64,000 bases of DNA from an uncultured Candidatus Saccharibacteria bacterium (GCA_964406895.1 CAYOTK010000003.1:9529-73528), one strand, 5' to 3'; counted from the first letter of the stretch, positions 38,565-49,847 are shown. Made by a program: numbers and translations. Notes: generated by a model not told the origin, from the letters alone.

Positions 38565-38592
38565 ATGTCGCACAATATATCTTTTGCGACGT
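38565..38592. other. dif-like tyrosine recombinase site
   Basis: ATGTCGCACAA-TATATC-TTTTGCGACGT: 11-6-11 inverted arms matching at 9/11 positions. Confidence 0.5.
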
Positions 38593-38649
38593 TTACAGCG
38601 TTTTAAATACTGATTTCGCGCGGGTCTACCCTGCTGGAGGATTTTTTTA

Positions 38650-38979
38650 TTAGTTTTGAATTTGTCGAATCGGAGGCAATGTCGGAGCGTTTGATCTTAT
38701 ACTGTCTGGCTCCCCATTCTTGATCTTGGTCAGGTTCTCTATCGCTGGTTGCCATATAAGCGGTATAAAAACTTTGTTCCAAACATAATCAGCGGGCTTT
38801 TTCAAATATCCATTCCAAGTATTCACGACTAGGCTTTTGACGTATCCGAAGTTATCCTTGCCTGTTGGTGAATTGACTATGTTTCTAAGGTTGAGTCCGA
38901 AGTAACTTAAAATCAATAATGCAACGACAATTATTAAAATAGTTTTTATGAGACCTTGATTATATGTTTTATATTTCAT
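38650..38979 (-). CDS. small membrane-anchored hypothetical protein
   Basis: QGLIKTILIIVVALLILSYFG TM segment; TAAAAT-N6-ATG start. Confidence 0.75.
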   Translation of the reverse strand: MKYKTYNQGLIKTILIIVVALLILSYFGLNLRNIVNSPTGKDNFGYVKSLVVNTWNGYLKKPADYVWNKVFIPLIWQPAIENLTKIKNGEPDSIRSNAPTLPPIRQIQN

Positions 38980-39061
38980 GATTATATTTTAACTCTAAAA
39001 TCAATTCTTGAATATGTCTAATGTGAACATTTATATCACTTAAACGACAAAATATAATTTT

Positions 39062-40351
39062 TTAAAGATAAGAAAGCGGATTTAGATACGCCTTGAAGTC
39101 AGCTACTGGCAAACGTACTCCACGACAGTTACGACTATTTGTCAACTTAACAACTTCTATACCTTGTGAAGCATAAACTCCAAAGTGAAGATGAGGGCCT
39201 GTGGTGTATCCGGTATTACCACTATAGCCTATGATTTGACCAGTAGAGACAGACTGGCCTTCGGATACAGACTGCAGCGATAGATGAGCGTAAAGAGTAC
39301 TAAGACCATTCGGGTGCTGTATGAGAACCCATTTGCCATATGAGTAACAGGTTCTAACCGTGCCAGTATTGCCTACCCCTACGACAGTACCAAGAAGCGC
39401 TGATTTGACAGGGGTGCCGACAGAAGCGCGCAAATCAATACCATTATGACCTTTACCATTATAGACTTGGGCATTTGCAGTAGCGAAGTCAGTATTGCCG
39501 AAATATTGCGTTATAGTTACAGCATCCAAAGGCCACGACAGAACACCTGAACCAGTTTTGGGTAGTTTCGATGTATCAATCATAATTTTGAGTTGAGATT
39601 CGAAATCGAGAATTTCCTTTTCGATCGATTGTTTCAGTTCTTGCTTATTGGCCAGTATTCTCTGATATTCAGCTTCTGATTGTTTGGTTTCATTCAGGAG
39701 TTGATTCTTTTCATTGGTAGCGCTTTTGACCAAATCTCTTTGATTGTTCAATTCATTCTTGAGAGCGATGAGGTCATTTTTAGCTTTTTCACTGGCTTTC
39801 TTATTGGCTTCCAAGTCGAGTTTGATATTGTTCAAAGTATTTATGCGATCATAAAGTCTTCCTTGAAGAGAGTTTAGTTTTTCCATGCTGGACAAAGTTT
39901 CAGCTATAGAATTGTTACTAAGAACTTTTTCTATAAGACTGTTGTTATCTGTCTTGTATATTTCTTTGAAGACATTATCGATAATTCTTTTGTCGTCTGA
40001 AATATCATCTTCCTTTGAATGAATCTGAGAATTGAGGTTTGAGATTTCGTAGTTTTTATTCTCGATTTTATTCTCGGTGATTTTTATGTCGGCTTCGAAT
40101 TTCTTCCTTGTAAGATCCAATGACTTGATGGCCGATTTGAGAGAATTGGCTTGTTGTCCCAAATCATCTATTTGATTCTGGTATGACTTGATCTCTTTCT
40201 CGAGATTTGCGATATCTTGATTACGTTTCTCGATTTGTTTCTGGATTTGATCGATGGTATCTGCCCTGCTGGTTGTAGTTGCAAAACAAAAAATCGCAGT
40301 GATAATGAGTAAACTGGATATTGCGGGTATTATGTTTCTTCTTTGAAACAT
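39062..40351 (-). CDS. coiled-coil M23 metallopeptidase (EnvC/CwlO-like architecture)
   Basis: Signal peptide, long coiled coil, HNGID, YAHL, TGPHLHF. Confidence 0.9.
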   Translation of the reverse strand: MFQRRNIIPAISSLLIITAIFCFATTTSRADTIDQIQKQIEKRNQDIANLEKEIKSYQNQIDDLGQQANSLKSAIKSLDLTRKKFEADIKITENKIENKNYEISNLNSQIHSKEDDISDDKRIIDNVFKEIYKTDNNSLIEKVLSNNSIAETLSSMEKLNSLQGRLYDRINTLNNIKLDLEANKKASEKAKNDLIALKNELNNQRDLVKSATNEKNQLLNETKQSEAEYQRILANKQELKQSIEKEILDFESQLKIMIDTSKLPKTGSGVLSWPLDAVTITQYFGNTDFATANAQVYNGKGHNGIDLRASVGTPVKSALLGTVVGVGNTGTVRTCYSYGKWVLIQHPNGLSTLYAHLSLQSVSEGQSVSTGQIIGYSGNTGYTTGPHLHFGVYASQGIEVVKLTNSRNCRGVRLPVADFKAYLNPLSYL

Positions 40352-40355
40352 TGTT

Positions 40356-41705
40356 TTATTTGTTTTCGAGTTTTGATATGGCGTGCCTGATCCTCTTCAT
40401 TGTCTCTGACTTGCCAAGAATGAAGGCCGATATGAATGGGTCTGGGGATTTGTCCAATCCTGTTATGGCATAGCGCATCGGCCAAAGAACATCACCCTTG
40501 CCTTTCTCTTCTACATAAGCCCACAGTAAAGATTTGATATGATCTGCAGTGAAGGAAATTTCGTCTATTGTCTCTATGGTCTTCAATACGTGAGTGAGGT
40601 GAGTCTTAGCATTATCTATGCTAGGATTTTTCTTCCAGAGAAGTGAGTCTGCACTGTATTCAGGTAACGATTGTATGAATGAAAGTTCTGAGCGACCGGA
40701 AAGAAGCGCACCTATATCCTCAAACGTAGTTATTTTCTCTTTTATAAGAGGAAGAACTCTGTTTAGTAATTCGCGGTCGGAGAGGAGCCAGGTGGGAGAA
40801 AATTTATTAACATAATCAATGAATGAATTTTCAGGGATTTTTGCAATGTATTGTTTGTTGAACCAACGGAGTTTCTCTTCATCGAAAATAGCACCTCCCT
40901 TCTGAACTCTTTCGAGAGTGAATTTCTCTTTGATTTCAGAAAGTGATAAGACTTCCCTGTCGTCTTCTGGATGCCAACCCAAAAGTGACAAATAGTTTAC
41001 GATTGCTTCAGGAAGAAAACCGCGGTCTTTATATTCTGATATTGATTTGGCTCCGTGGCGCTTGGAGAGTTTGGATCTATCAGATGCGAGAAGCAGGGGT
41101 ATGTGAGCGTATCTGGGTATTTCCTGTCCTAGAGCCTCGTATATGAGTATCTGACGTGGTGTATTAGAAATATGGTCTTCACCTCGTATAACATGCGTTA
41201 TTCCCATATCCATATCGTCTATGACGACAGCAAGATGAAAGACAGGTTCTTCTAGTGTTTTGGCTATGACGAAATCACCGAGCTCAGTCGTGTCGAACTC
41301 GACTTTACCTCTTATGATATCCTCGAATGAAACTTTGCGATTGGGATTTTTGAATCTTATAACTGATTGTCTTTTTTCTTTATCATCGCTGGCAATGCCG
41401 TCTTCTTTTGAGACAAAAGCATGACCCGAATCTATGAGTTGCTGAATGTATTTCTTGTAAATCGAAGTGCGTTCAGATTGTCTGTAGAAATGATCATAAT
41501 CCAAACCAAGCCATTTGAGACTCTCTATAATATTGTCTTCATATTCTTTCTTTGATCTGATTTTGTCAGTGTCTTCTATGCGCAATACGAATTCACCGTT
41601 ATTCTGTCTGGCAAAAATATATGAATAAAGAGCAGTTCTATAACTACCAGAATGAAAAAGCCCAGTTGGTGAAGGCGCGAAACGCGTGATAATCTTTTTT
41701 GACAT
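40356..41705 (-). CDS. gltX: glutamate--tRNA ligase
   Basis: TRFAPSPTG, LRIEDTD, HVIRGEDH, KLSKR. Confidence 0.96.
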   Translation of the reverse strand: MSKKIITRFAPSPTGLFHSGSYRTALYSYIFARQNNGEFVLRIEDTDKIRSKKEYEDNIIESLKWLGLDYDHFYRQSERTSIYKKYIQQLIDSGHAFVSKEDGIASDDKEKRQSVIRFKNPNRKVSFEDIIRGKVEFDTTELGDFVIAKTLEEPVFHLAVVIDDMDMGITHVIRGEDHISNTPRQILIYEALGQEIPRYAHIPLLLASDRSKLSKRHGAKSISEYKDRGFLPEAIVNYLSLLGWHPEDDREVLSLSEIKEKFTLERVQKGGAIFDEEKLRWFNKQYIAKIPENSFIDYVNKFSPTWLLSDRELLNRVLPLIKEKITTFEDIGALLSGRSELSFIQSLPEYSADSLLWKKNPSIDNAKTHLTHVLKTIETIDEISFTADHIKSLLWAYVEEKGKGDVLWPMRYAITGLDKSPDPFISAFILGKSETMKRIRHAISKLENK

Positions 41706-41731
41706 GAAGATATTATAGCTTAATTTGTAAA

Positions 41732-41761
41732 CAAAAACAGCCTCGGGTGAGGCTGTTTTTG
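41732..41761. terminator. intrinsic terminator
   Basis: CAAAAACAGCCTC-GGGT-GAGGCTGTTTTTG. Confidence 0.8.
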
Positions 41762-41772
41762 CGAGGCGAATA

Positions 41773-42279
41773 TTAGCCTTTTATGTCGATCGTTGCTTCA
41801 GAAGTTGCCTTGAAGACTTTCATAATAACCTTACCACTTGAATCTTTCATTTCTAGATCTTTGGTTGCGTCGAATTTCTTGTCACCATCATCAGCATGCA
41901 ATACAGCATAGTATGTACTACCATCAACTGTTGGTGATGTTAGTGTTACTTTGCCCGGAGCTATACCTTTGTCGAAGTATGCTGTGCCAAGAACTGCGCC
42001 TGGTTTGCCAGCATTGTCTTTGTGTATAACCACAAATCCTGGTTGCTCAAGAGCAACTGAAGAAAGATAAACAATGTTGCCTGGATATTGATCTGTCATA
42101 ACAATGCGATTTGCACTGTTCGTTGTTTCAGTTGGAGCAGGAGTATTATCGACTACTGGCTCTACTGGGCTGCTCTTCTTGCCGAATACCATGACACCTA
42201 TAATAATAAGTGCAATGATGACTATGATAGTAACGACCCACTGCCACATTTTGACGCCATTTGATACGTTAGGTTCCAT
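41773..42279 (-). CDS. membrane-anchored beta-rich hypothetical protein
   Basis: N-terminal TM, GFVVIH...PGAVLG, YAVLHADDGD. Confidence 0.8.
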   Translation of the reverse strand: MEPNVSNGVKMWQWVVTIIVIIALIIIGVMVFGKKSSPVEPVVDNTPAPTETTNSANRIVMTDQYPGNIVYLSSVALEQPGFVVIHKDNAGKPGAVLGTAYFDKGIAPGKVTLTSPTVDGSTYYAVLHADDGDKKFDATKDLEMKDSSGKVIMKVFKATSEATIDIKG

Positions 42280-42339
42280 ATATAATGTTATTAAGTACTA
42301 ATAAAAGTCGACTTTGTTTTAGATCTCTATTGTAGCATA

Positions 42340-43467
42340 TTACTCATAATGTTCCAAGGCAGTATTCAATATGGCATCAGCTATAATATTGGCACTATCT
42401 AAGCGAGAAAAAGCCTTTGCTTTGTCACGCATTGTCTGTCTAATAGTAGGAGAAGTGACAATGCGGTCAATTTCTTCTATGAGAACGTGAGAACTCAAAT
42501 TGTTTTCTTCTATAACAACAGCAGCGCCACTTTTCGCATAGGCAAAAGCATTGGCTGTCTGGTCATGACTAATAGTATTTGGTAATGGAATAATGATAGA
42601 AGGCAAACCCCATGCCGCAATTTCAAATATAGTCGAACCAGCTCTCGAAACGACTATTTCTGCTGTTCCTGCAGACATTCTGAGTGCCAATTCATTCAGG
42701 AAATCATAAGGATGATAACGATATGAATATGGGTGATCTTTCAGAACCACAGACATGGTATTTTGAGTTTCCTCGAAGTTATTCTTGCCTGTCTGATGAA
42801 TGATTTGATATCTGTTCAATAATTCAGGTGCTGATTCTATGATAATATCGTTAATCATTTTGGATCCTTGTGAGCCACCCAAAATCAAAATTGTAGGTAC
42901 GTTATTTTCGAGTTTCAAGAATTCTATAGCACCATTAGATAGAGGCTCAGTTATTTCTTTGCGAATAGGATTGCCGGTCAAAGCGACTTTATCCTGTTTG
43001 AAATATTTAGATGCTTCAGGATAAGAGATGGCAACTTTCTTGGCGAATTTGCCGGCCCAGAGATTGACTCTACCAGGTTTGCTGTCTGATTCGTGTATGA
43101 TAACAGGAATATGCAGAATCTTTGCAGCAAACAAAGCGGGGAAACTGACATAACCACCCTTTCCAAATACAACATCTGGGAAAATTCTATACATTTGTAT
43201 TAATGCCCATAGACATCCATATATAGTCCTGAATATGTCGAAGAAATTGAGTATCGAGAAATATCTGCGCATCTTCCCTGCTGGCACTTTGAGGAATTGC
43301 AGTTCACTATCGAAGACGGCACGCGGATTGTATTTGGACGGAGCCATGTAGTATAACTGCGGCGGAATAATTTTCCGGTCAGTTACACGCTGACGTAATG
43401 CATTTGCAACTGCAATAATAGGATAGAAATGTCCGCCTGTTCCTCCGCCTGTGAATAATATTTTCAT
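42340..43467 (-). CDS. murG: lipid II N-acetylglucosaminyltransferase
   Basis: TGGGTGGHFYP, KGGYVS, GNPIR, LGGSQG, SRAG. Confidence 0.96.
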   Translation of the reverse strand: MKILFTGGGTGGHFYPIIAVANALRQRVTDRKIIPPQLYYMAPSKYNPRAVFDSELQFLKVPAGKMRRYFSILNFFDIFRTIYGCLWALIQMYRIFPDVVFGKGGYVSFPALFAAKILHIPVIIHESDSKPGRVNLWAGKFAKKVAISYPEASKYFKQDKVALTGNPIRKEITEPLSNGAIEFLKLENNVPTILILGGSQGSKMINDIIIESAPELLNRYQIIHQTGKNNFEETQNTMSVVLKDHPYSYRYHPYDFLNELALRMSAGTAEIVVSRAGSTIFEIAAWGLPSIIIPLPNTISHDQTANAFAYAKSGAAVVIEENNLSSHVLIEEIDRIVTSPTIRQTMRDKAKAFSRLDSANIIADAILNTALEHYE

Positions 43468-43478
43468 ATAATTTGAAT

Positions 43479-44573
43479 TTAACTTTCTCTAGATACATTC
43501 CCTATCATTCCTGCTGCGCCCAAAGTTACAATGAGTGCTGTACCTCCATGACTTACGAATAAAAGCGGAATACCCGATAAAGGTAATAGTCCTAGCATAG
43601 CTGAAATGTTCATGAATGATTCTGTGACAATAAGTATAGCAATTCCGATTGCTAATAGTCCACCAAATAGGTCTTTGGATCTTGTGCCTATCCTGAAGCA
43701 ACTTATAGCAAATATGATGTACAGAGAAATAAGTATAATGCTACCAATGAAACCGAATTCTTCTGCTGCAACAGCGAAAACTGAATCATCGGTCGGTTGA
43801 GGTAAATAGCCGAATTTCTGTATACTTTGACCGAATCCCCTACCGGCTATTTGTCCTGATCCTATAGCGATAAGTGATTGATTGATTTGATATCCTGCGC
43901 CTTGCGCATCGCCACCTCTGTGTAAGAAAGTCATGAATCTTTGCTTCGCATAAGGCCTGAAATATATTACACCGCCCACAACTACAGCCATGATAAGCAA
44001 AGAAATCAAGAAATGTCGTATGGGTAAACCCGCCACTAGTAACATGACCATACCCGTAAATCCAATTATAACCAGAGTATCGGTATCTGATTGAGCAAGT
44101 AGAAGAAATGTAAGCAATATCATAATTGCCACATAAGGTAATAATCCGAATTTCATCATTTTGATCTTGTCTTTTACAAAATGTGCCCAAGCGGCAACAT
44201 AAATAATAAAAGCAATTTTCATGAATTCACTTGGCTGGAATGATAGCGGACCTACATTGATCCATCTAGATGCTCCGCCGTGGTAGAGGGCAATTCCTGG
44301 GAAGAATAAAAGAAGATTAGCTATGACAGCTCCGAGTAAAATAAAAAATGCCAATTTCCTGAGCAAGTTGTGATTGATTCTCGAAAAAATGAAGAACATT
44401 ATGATGCCGAGTATCAGACTGATTGTTTGTTTCATCGCTACTGTGCCAAAACTTACCCCGTCTTGAGCTAAGAGACCTAGAGATGCAGATAGAAATACTA
44501 TGAAACCTGTAATAGTTAGTGTAATAACAGAAAAAAGAAAAAGTCTGTCAATTTTTTTTGCTTTCGTCGACAT
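43479..44573 (-). CDS. ftsW: SEDS family peptidoglycan glycosyltransferase
   Basis: GASRWI, FQPSEFMK, GYQINQS, LLFVSHGGT; adjacent to murG. Confidence 0.88.
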   Translation of the reverse strand: MSTKAKKIDRLFLFSVITLTITGFIVFLSASLGLLAQDGVSFGTVAMKQTISLILGIIMFFIFSRINHNLLRKLAFFILLGAVIANLLLFFPGIALYHGGASRWINVGPLSFQPSEFMKIAFIIYVAAWAHFVKDKIKMMKFGLLPYVAIMILLTFLLLAQSDTDTLVIIGFTGMVMLLVAGLPIRHFLISLLIMAVVVGGVIYFRPYAKQRFMTFLHRGGDAQGAGYQINQSLIAIGSGQIAGRGFGQSIQKFGYLPQPTDDSVFAVAAEEFGFIGSIILISLYIIFAISCFRIGTRSKDLFGGLLAIGIAILIVTESFMNISAMLGLLPLSGIPLLFVSHGGTALIVTLGAAGMIGNVSRES

Positions 44574-45151
44574 TATGATTTTTCTTTGTTTATAGGATCA
44601 GAATTGTTGGATTTCTCTATCGCAGAATTTTTGAATGAATCAATTTCTTGTCTAACTTTTTCGAATTCTGGTATGTCTGAAATGTTATTCACGCCAAGGT
44701 GAGCCAATAATTGCAATGTGGGTTTGTATAAGAAGCTACGCATGTCTTTGGGATTGTCTACTCTCTCTATCAAACCGCGTATTGATAAGTTGCGGATTAT
44801 GAATTGTGAATTTACACCACGTATATAATCAATATCTGCACGGGAAATTGGTCCTTGATATAGGATGATTGAAAGTGTTTCCAACCCCGCTTTACCCAAG
44901 TCGCGTATTAGTTCTTCTTTGGTTAGTTTCTCAATGAGAGGTGAAAGTTCTTTCGCTGTACCCAACATCACATCGCTGTCAGTTTGCACTAATGTCAGCC
45001 CTCTGTTATTCAGGTTGTTTTGCAATTCATCCAAGCCTTTTTTAATTGATTCACTGTCGCATTCTAGGAATTTGGCTAGTTTTTCTATTGATACAGGCTC
45101 TGCTTTCCAAAACAATATAGCTTCGATTTTTTGAGAAAGATTCGTATTCAT
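44573..45151 (-). CDS. scpB: SMC-Scp complex subunit ScpB
   Basis: IEAILF, LETLSIILYQGPISRADIDYIRGVNS. Confidence 0.93.
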   Translation of the reverse strand: MNTNLSQKIEAILFWKAEPVSIEKLAKFLECDSESIKKGLDELQNNLNNRGLTLVQTDSDVMLGTAKELSPLIEKLTKEELIRDLGKAGLETLSIILYQGPISRADIDYIRGVNSQFIIRNLSIRGLIERVDNPKDMRSFLYKPTLQLLAHLGVNNISDIPEFEKVRQEIDSFKNSAIEKSNNSDPINKEKS

Positions 45152-45170
45152 GTCTGAATTATAACTTATA

Positions 45171-45199
45171 GAAGTCGGACCTCCAAGAGGTTGAACCTC
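45171..45199. repeat. double-palindrome repeat, copy 2 (diverged)
   Basis: GAAGTCGGACCT-CCAAG-AGGTTGAACCTC. Confidence 0.65.
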
Positions 45200-45202
45200 G
45201 TA

Positions 45203-45925
45203 CTAATATCTTGGCACTCCCACCTCTTTTGTCTCCATTTGAATATCTCCGAATGTTGATTCTTGCTGAACATGGAGAATGCCATTTTTGACTAATTCAA
45301 GCATAGCCAAAAAACTGACAATAACGTGAACGCGATTCTCACGATTTTCTCGAGTAAATTCTTTGAAACTCATTCTTATATGACTAGTGATTCTATTCGA
45401 TAGAGTATTTATCATCTCTTCCAAACTCATTACTTTCTGAATAACCTTGTTTGGTATCTTCTCATTTTTTGGTAAACGGATTATGAGATCTTTGAGTAAT
45501 TGCAAAGCCTTGTTCAGTGTAAATTCAGGGTCTGGAGTGAATACGGGTTCTGTCTTGCGCATTTGTGATTGCTCAAATATTATATTTTGTCCGAATATTT
45601 CACTTATTTTCAAACTGGCTTGTTTGATGACTTTATAAATCTTAAGGCGAGTTTCTAGATCTTTGATGTTGCTCTCTTCTTCGTCGGTTAGACTTAATTC
45701 AGGTAAAAGAGATTTTGATTTTATGAGAAGTAATGTAGACGCTATCAAAATGAAATGAGCTGACTCACCCATCGGAATATTTGAAAACTGTTTTATATGT
45801 TCGATGAAATCATCAGTAACTTTGGCTAACGAAATATCATTTATGAATAATTTTCTTTTCTCGATTAGTTCGAGAAGTAATTCTAGCGGTCCCTCGAAAG
45901 ATTGTGTCTTTATTGTAAATGACAT
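45203..45925 (-). CDS. scpA: segregation/condensation protein ScpA
   Basis: FEGPLELLLELI, IKSKSLLP, FLAMLELVK. Confidence 0.93.
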   Translation of the reverse strand: MSFTIKTQSFEGPLELLLELIEKRKLFINDISLAKVTDDFIEHIKQFSNIPMGESAHFILIASTLLLIKSKSLLPELSLTDEEESNIKDLETRLKIYKVIKQASLKISEIFGQNIIFEQSQMRKTEPVFTPDPEFTLNKALQLLKDLIIRLPKNEKIPNKVIQKVMSLEEMINTLSNRITSHIRMSFKEFTRENRENRVHVIVSFLAMLELVKNGILHVQQESTFGDIQMETKEVGVPRY

Positions 45926-45937
45926 TTTTATCAAGGA

Positions 45938-46888
45938 TTAACCTCGAACGCCGATTTTAGTTTTGATTTCGGCTAGTTTCGCATCTGCAATCTTTCTTGC
46001 TTGTTCGGCACCTCTTTCTAATGTTTTGGTTAACATTTTCTCATCTCCGGCATATTTTGTGCGTGTCTCGCGGAGTGGTTTGATGAAAGCGTCTATATCT
46101 TCGATCAACGCCTCCTTCAAGACTTTGTATTTGCCTACATTTGCATCGTAGAGATTCTTGAGTTCGATCTCATTCTTGAAAAGTTTATGGATATTGTAAA
46201 CATTGGTCGGTACTCCTGTACCTGAATCAGTGACTATACTCATGACGGCAGAAATAATTTCTTCTCTACTCGCGAAAAGCGGTATGGTGTTGTTATAACT
46301 CTTGGACATTTTGCGACCATCGATTCCTGGTACAGTAGCAACATTTTCAAGAATTAATTCTTCGGGTAATTTGAAAGTTTCGCCAAAAATATTATTGAAT
46401 TTTTGAGCAATATCTCGGGCATACTCAACATGTTGTTTTTGATCCTGTCCTACAGGCACGATGTCTGTGTCGTAAAGTAAAATATCGGCGCTCATAAGGA
46501 CCGGATAATTGAATGTGCCTACGTTGATCTCTTTGTTTTTGGCTTCTGCGTCTTTGTAAGCATGCGCACGCATAAGGTATGGCATAGTAACTATGGTGTC
46601 GAAAATCCAAGCGAGCTCTGTATGTGCGTAGACATCTGATTGTTTGAATATTATAGATTTGTCTGGATCCATGCCAAGCGCCAAATAGTCTGCTAATAAG
46701 TCATATGTGAGCTGTCTCATTTCTGTGCCATTTTGGATCAAGTTGAGCGCATGATAGTCCGCAATCATAAAAAGACAATCGTACTTGCCAGAATTTTGTA
46801 ATTCGACGAATTGCCTTATAGCGCCGAAGTAGTTACCGATGTGCGGGCGCCCCGTGGGTTTGACTCCGGATAATAGTATTTTATTCAT
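45938..46888 (-). CDS. trpS: tryptophan--tRNA ligase
   Basis: SGVKPTGRPHIGNY, YPVLMSADIL, VPVGQDQKQH, KMSKS. Confidence 0.97.
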   Translation of the reverse strand: MNKILLSGVKPTGRPHIGNYFGAIRQFVELQNSGKYDCLFMIADYHALNLIQNGTEMRQLTYDLLADYLALGMDPDKSIIFKQSDVYAHTELAWIFDTIVTMPYLMRAHAYKDAEAKNKEINVGTFNYPVLMSADILLYDTDIVPVGQDQKQHVEYARDIAQKFNNIFGETFKLPEELILENVATVPGIDGRKMSKSYNNTIPLFASREEIISAVMSIVTDSGTGVPTNVYNIHKLFKNEIELKNLYDANVGKYKVLKEALIEDIDAFIKPLRETRTKYAGDEKMLTKTLERGAEQARKIADAKLAEIKTKIGVRG

Positions 46889-46950
46889 GCGGTAATTATA
46901 ACAAATAAGGTTAAAGGGTAAAAGGTAACTTTGAGTTTTAAGCTAATATG

Positions 46951-47850
46951 CTAAATCCCTTCTTTCTTCAGCTCCTCAATCAACCTCTGCGCCTCACGCG
47001 ACAACTTCCTTGGCATTTCAACCTTCGTGACTATAAGAAGATCCCCTCTCCTACCGTCTTCTGTCATCACACCTTTCTTTTTGATTCGAAGAATTTCATT
47101 ATGAGTCGTGCCTTGAGGAATTTTGAGCTCAATCTTGCCATCTATCGTTTCAAAATCGATTGTGCCTCCTGTGAGAGCGAGAGTTAATTTTACTGGAAGT
47201 TCCGTAATGAGATTGTAACCTTCTTTCCTGAAATGTGGATGTGGCGCAACCCAAACTCTGACTATGAGATCTCCGCGCCCACCTTCACCCTGCTCTCCTC
47301 TGCCACTAATTCGCAAACCTTGTCCATCTTCTATTCCTGGAGGAATCTTAATGGCCAAATTTTCTTTGCCACCTATAGAAATGTCTTTCTCAACACCAAA
47401 AACAGATTCCTTGAATGAAATATTTATATCTATAGTTATGTTCTTACCTTTTCTCGGTCTCTTGGTCCTACCTTGACCGAAAAAGTCGCTGAAAATATCT
47501 CCGAGGTCAAACTCTACACCCTGACCACCACCGAAATTCGAAAAATCAAAATGAAATCCTTGACCATTACCAGTATTGAAACCTTGGAAACCGTTGAAGC
47601 CCTGACCGAAACCGCCTTGATAGTTTGCTCCTCCTGCCCCCGCAGACCCAAACATGTCATATTGCTTACGTTTTTCATCATCAGAAAGGACAGAGTAAGC
47701 TTCGCTAGCTTCTTTGAATTTCTTCTCTGCCTCGGCGTTGCCCTTATTTTTGTCTGGATGAAATTCATGGGCAAGCTTACGAAATGCTTTCTTGATGTCA
47801 TCTTTCGATGCGTTTTTTTCTAGTCCTAGTGTTTTGTAATAATCTTTCAT
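46951..47850 (-). CDS. dnaJ: DnaJ-class chaperone lacking the zinc finger (CbpA-like)
   Basis: J domain HPD, G/F-rich linker, C-terminal domain; no CxxCxGxG repeats. Confidence 0.88.
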   Translation of the reverse strand: MKDYYKTLGLEKNASKDDIKKAFRKLAHEFHPDKNKGNAEAEKKFKEASEAYSVLSDDEKRKQYDMFGSAGAGGANYQGGFGQGFNGFQGFNTGNGQGFHFDFSNFGGGQGVEFDLGDIFSDFFGQGRTKRPRKGKNITIDINISFKESVFGVEKDISIGGKENLAIKIPPGIEDGQGLRISGRGEQGEGGRGDLIVRVWVAPHPHFRKEGYNLITELPVKLTLALTGGTIDFETIDGKIELKIPQGTTHNEILRIKKKGVMTEDGRRGDLLIVTKVEMPRKLSREAQRLIEELKKEGI

Positions 47851-47924
47851 GATTTTAATTTAATACAATTTTTACCTCTTCACTGGCCGATCGATTTGAC
47901 CGGCCAGTTCTGAGATAAAACTAA

Positions 47925-49847
47925 CTATTTCTTCTCCTTGAATTCAGCATCTTTTACATTTCCATCACCTCCATTACCACTATCAGTACTACCTCCATTA
48001 GCCGATGCGCCACTTTGATTATTGGTGTTTGGAGCTTGATTATTCTGATTCATATACTGACCAATCTTTTGAATCTCCGCCGACAACGCTTCTGTCGCTG
48101 TCTTCAATGTGTTGATATCTGGTGTTGCCATATCCTTCGCTGTCTTAAGCGCTGTGACCTTCTCCTCAATGTTTTTCTTGAGATCAGCAGGTACTTTGTC
48201 GCCCGCCTCCTTCAAGGCCTTCTCTGAGGTGTATACGAGTTGCTCAGCAATATTCTTGGCCTCGACTATATCTCTCTTGGCCTTGTCATCGGCTTCATGG
48301 GTAGCAGCCTCCTGTTTCATCTTCTCGACTTCGTCTTTCGATAGTCCTGAAGAAGCAGTGATCTTGATAGAATTGGCCTTTCCTGTTGCTTTGTCTTTTG
48401 CTGTCACACTCAATATACCGTTTGCATCGACATCGAATGATACTTCGATCTGAGGCATGCCTCTTGGTGCTGGTGGAATACCGTCTAGTATAAATCTGCC
48501 TAGAGACTTATTGTCCGCGGACATTGCGCGTTCACCTTGAGTAATGTGTATCTCTACTGAAGTTTGATTGTCGGATGCTGTAGAGAATATTTGAGAGCGT
48601 TGGGTAGGAACAGTTGTATTTTTCTCAATGAGCTTCGTCGCAACTCCACCCATTGTTTCTATACCGAGAGAAAGTGGTATAACGTCGAGAAGTAATACGT
48701 CTTTGACGTCTCCCGCCAATATACCTCCTTGTATCGCCGCGCCCACCGCAACCACCTCGTCGGGATTCACTCCCATGTGAGGATCTCTACCGAAAAACTG
48801 TTTGACTGCATTTTGCATAGCTGGCATACGTGTTTGACCACCAACTAGGATGACTTCATTAAGTTCATTTACCTTGAATGGGGACGCACCCATGGCGCGC
48901 TTTGTGATCTCAATTGCTCGGTCTATGAATTCCTGAGTAATTTCTTCGAGTTTAGCTCTAGTCATAGTTATGAGTAGATGCTTTGGTCCATCTGATCCAG
49001 AAGTGATGAATGGTATGTTGATTTCCGTTTGAACTGCAGTAGAAAGTTCGATCTTTGCTTTCTCTGCTGCTTCATCTAGTCTCTGTAAAGCAAGAGGATC
49101 TTTGCGCAAATCTATGCCATTTTCTTTCTGGAATTGATCTGCTATCCAGTGCAATATCTTCTGGTCTATATCACGACCACCGAGGTGAGCGTCTCCGTCT
49201 GTGGACTTCACTTCTATGACATCGTCCGCTACTTCTAGGATGGAAATGTCGAATGTTCCACCACCGAAGTCGAAGACTGCAATCTTCTCATTTTTCTTCT
49301 TGTTGAAACCATAGGCGAGAGCTGCCGCTGTTGGCTCATTGATAATGCGCTTCACTTCTAGGCCTGCGATCTTACCTGCATCGCGAGTTGCTTGTCTCTG
49401 TGAGTCATTGAAGTATGCCGGAACAGTGATAACTGCCTCGGTTATCTTCTCGCCCAAACGTGCCTCCGCGTCATTCTTGAGCTTGGTAAGTATCATGGCT
49501 GAGATTTCTTCTGGTCTATACCATTTGCCTGACATGTTCACTTCTACTCCACCGTTTGCGGCTTTGCGAGTTTCGAATGGTACAGACTTTGCGTCTTTCT
49601 GGACTCCTTCTTCATCGAAAGTGTGTCCGATGAATCTCTTGATCTGGAATATTGTATTCTTCGGATTCGTAACCGCTTGTCTGCGCGCCAAAAGGCCGAC
49701 GATCCTCTCGCCTGTTTTTGACTGTGCAACTATAGAAGGTGTTGTTCGTGCACCTTCACTGTTCTCTAGGACTCTCGGAGTACCCGCTTCCATCACTGCG
49801 ACGGCGCTGTTGGTAGTTCCAAGGTCGATACCTATGATTTTGGACAT
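47925..49847 (-). CDS. dnaK: Hsp70 chaperone
   Basis: [33 protein letters not shown]. Confidence 0.98.
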   Translation of the reverse strand: MSKIIGIDLGTTNSAVAVMEAGTPRVLENSEGARTTPSIVAQSKTGERIVGLLARRQAVTNPKNTIFQIKRFIGHTFDEEGVQKDAKSVPFETRKAANGGVEVNMSGKWYRPEEISAMILTKLKNDAEARLGEKITEAVITVPAYFNDSQRQATRDAGKIAGLEVKRIINEPTAAALAYGFNKKKNEKIAVFDFGGGTFDISILEVADDVIEVKSTDGDAHLGGRDIDQKILHWIADQFQKENGIDLRKDPLALQRLDEAAEKAKIELSTAVQTEINIPFITSGSDGPKHLLITMTRAKLEEITQEFIDRAIEITKRAMGASPFKVNELNEVILVGGQTRMPAMQNAVKQFFGRDPHMGVNPDEVVAVGAAIQGGILAGDVKDVLLLDVIPLSLGIETMGGVATKLIEKNTTVPTQRSQIFSTASDNQTSVEIHITQGERAMSADNKSLGRFILDGIPPAPRGMPQIEVSFDVDANGILSVTAKDKATGKANSIKITASSGLSKDEVEKMKQEAATHEADDKAKRDIVEAKNIAEQLVYTSEKALKEAGDKVPADLKKNIEEKVTALKTAKDMATPDINTLKTATEALSAEIQKIGQYMNQNNQAPNTNNQSGASANGGSTDSGNGGDGNVKDAEFKEKK

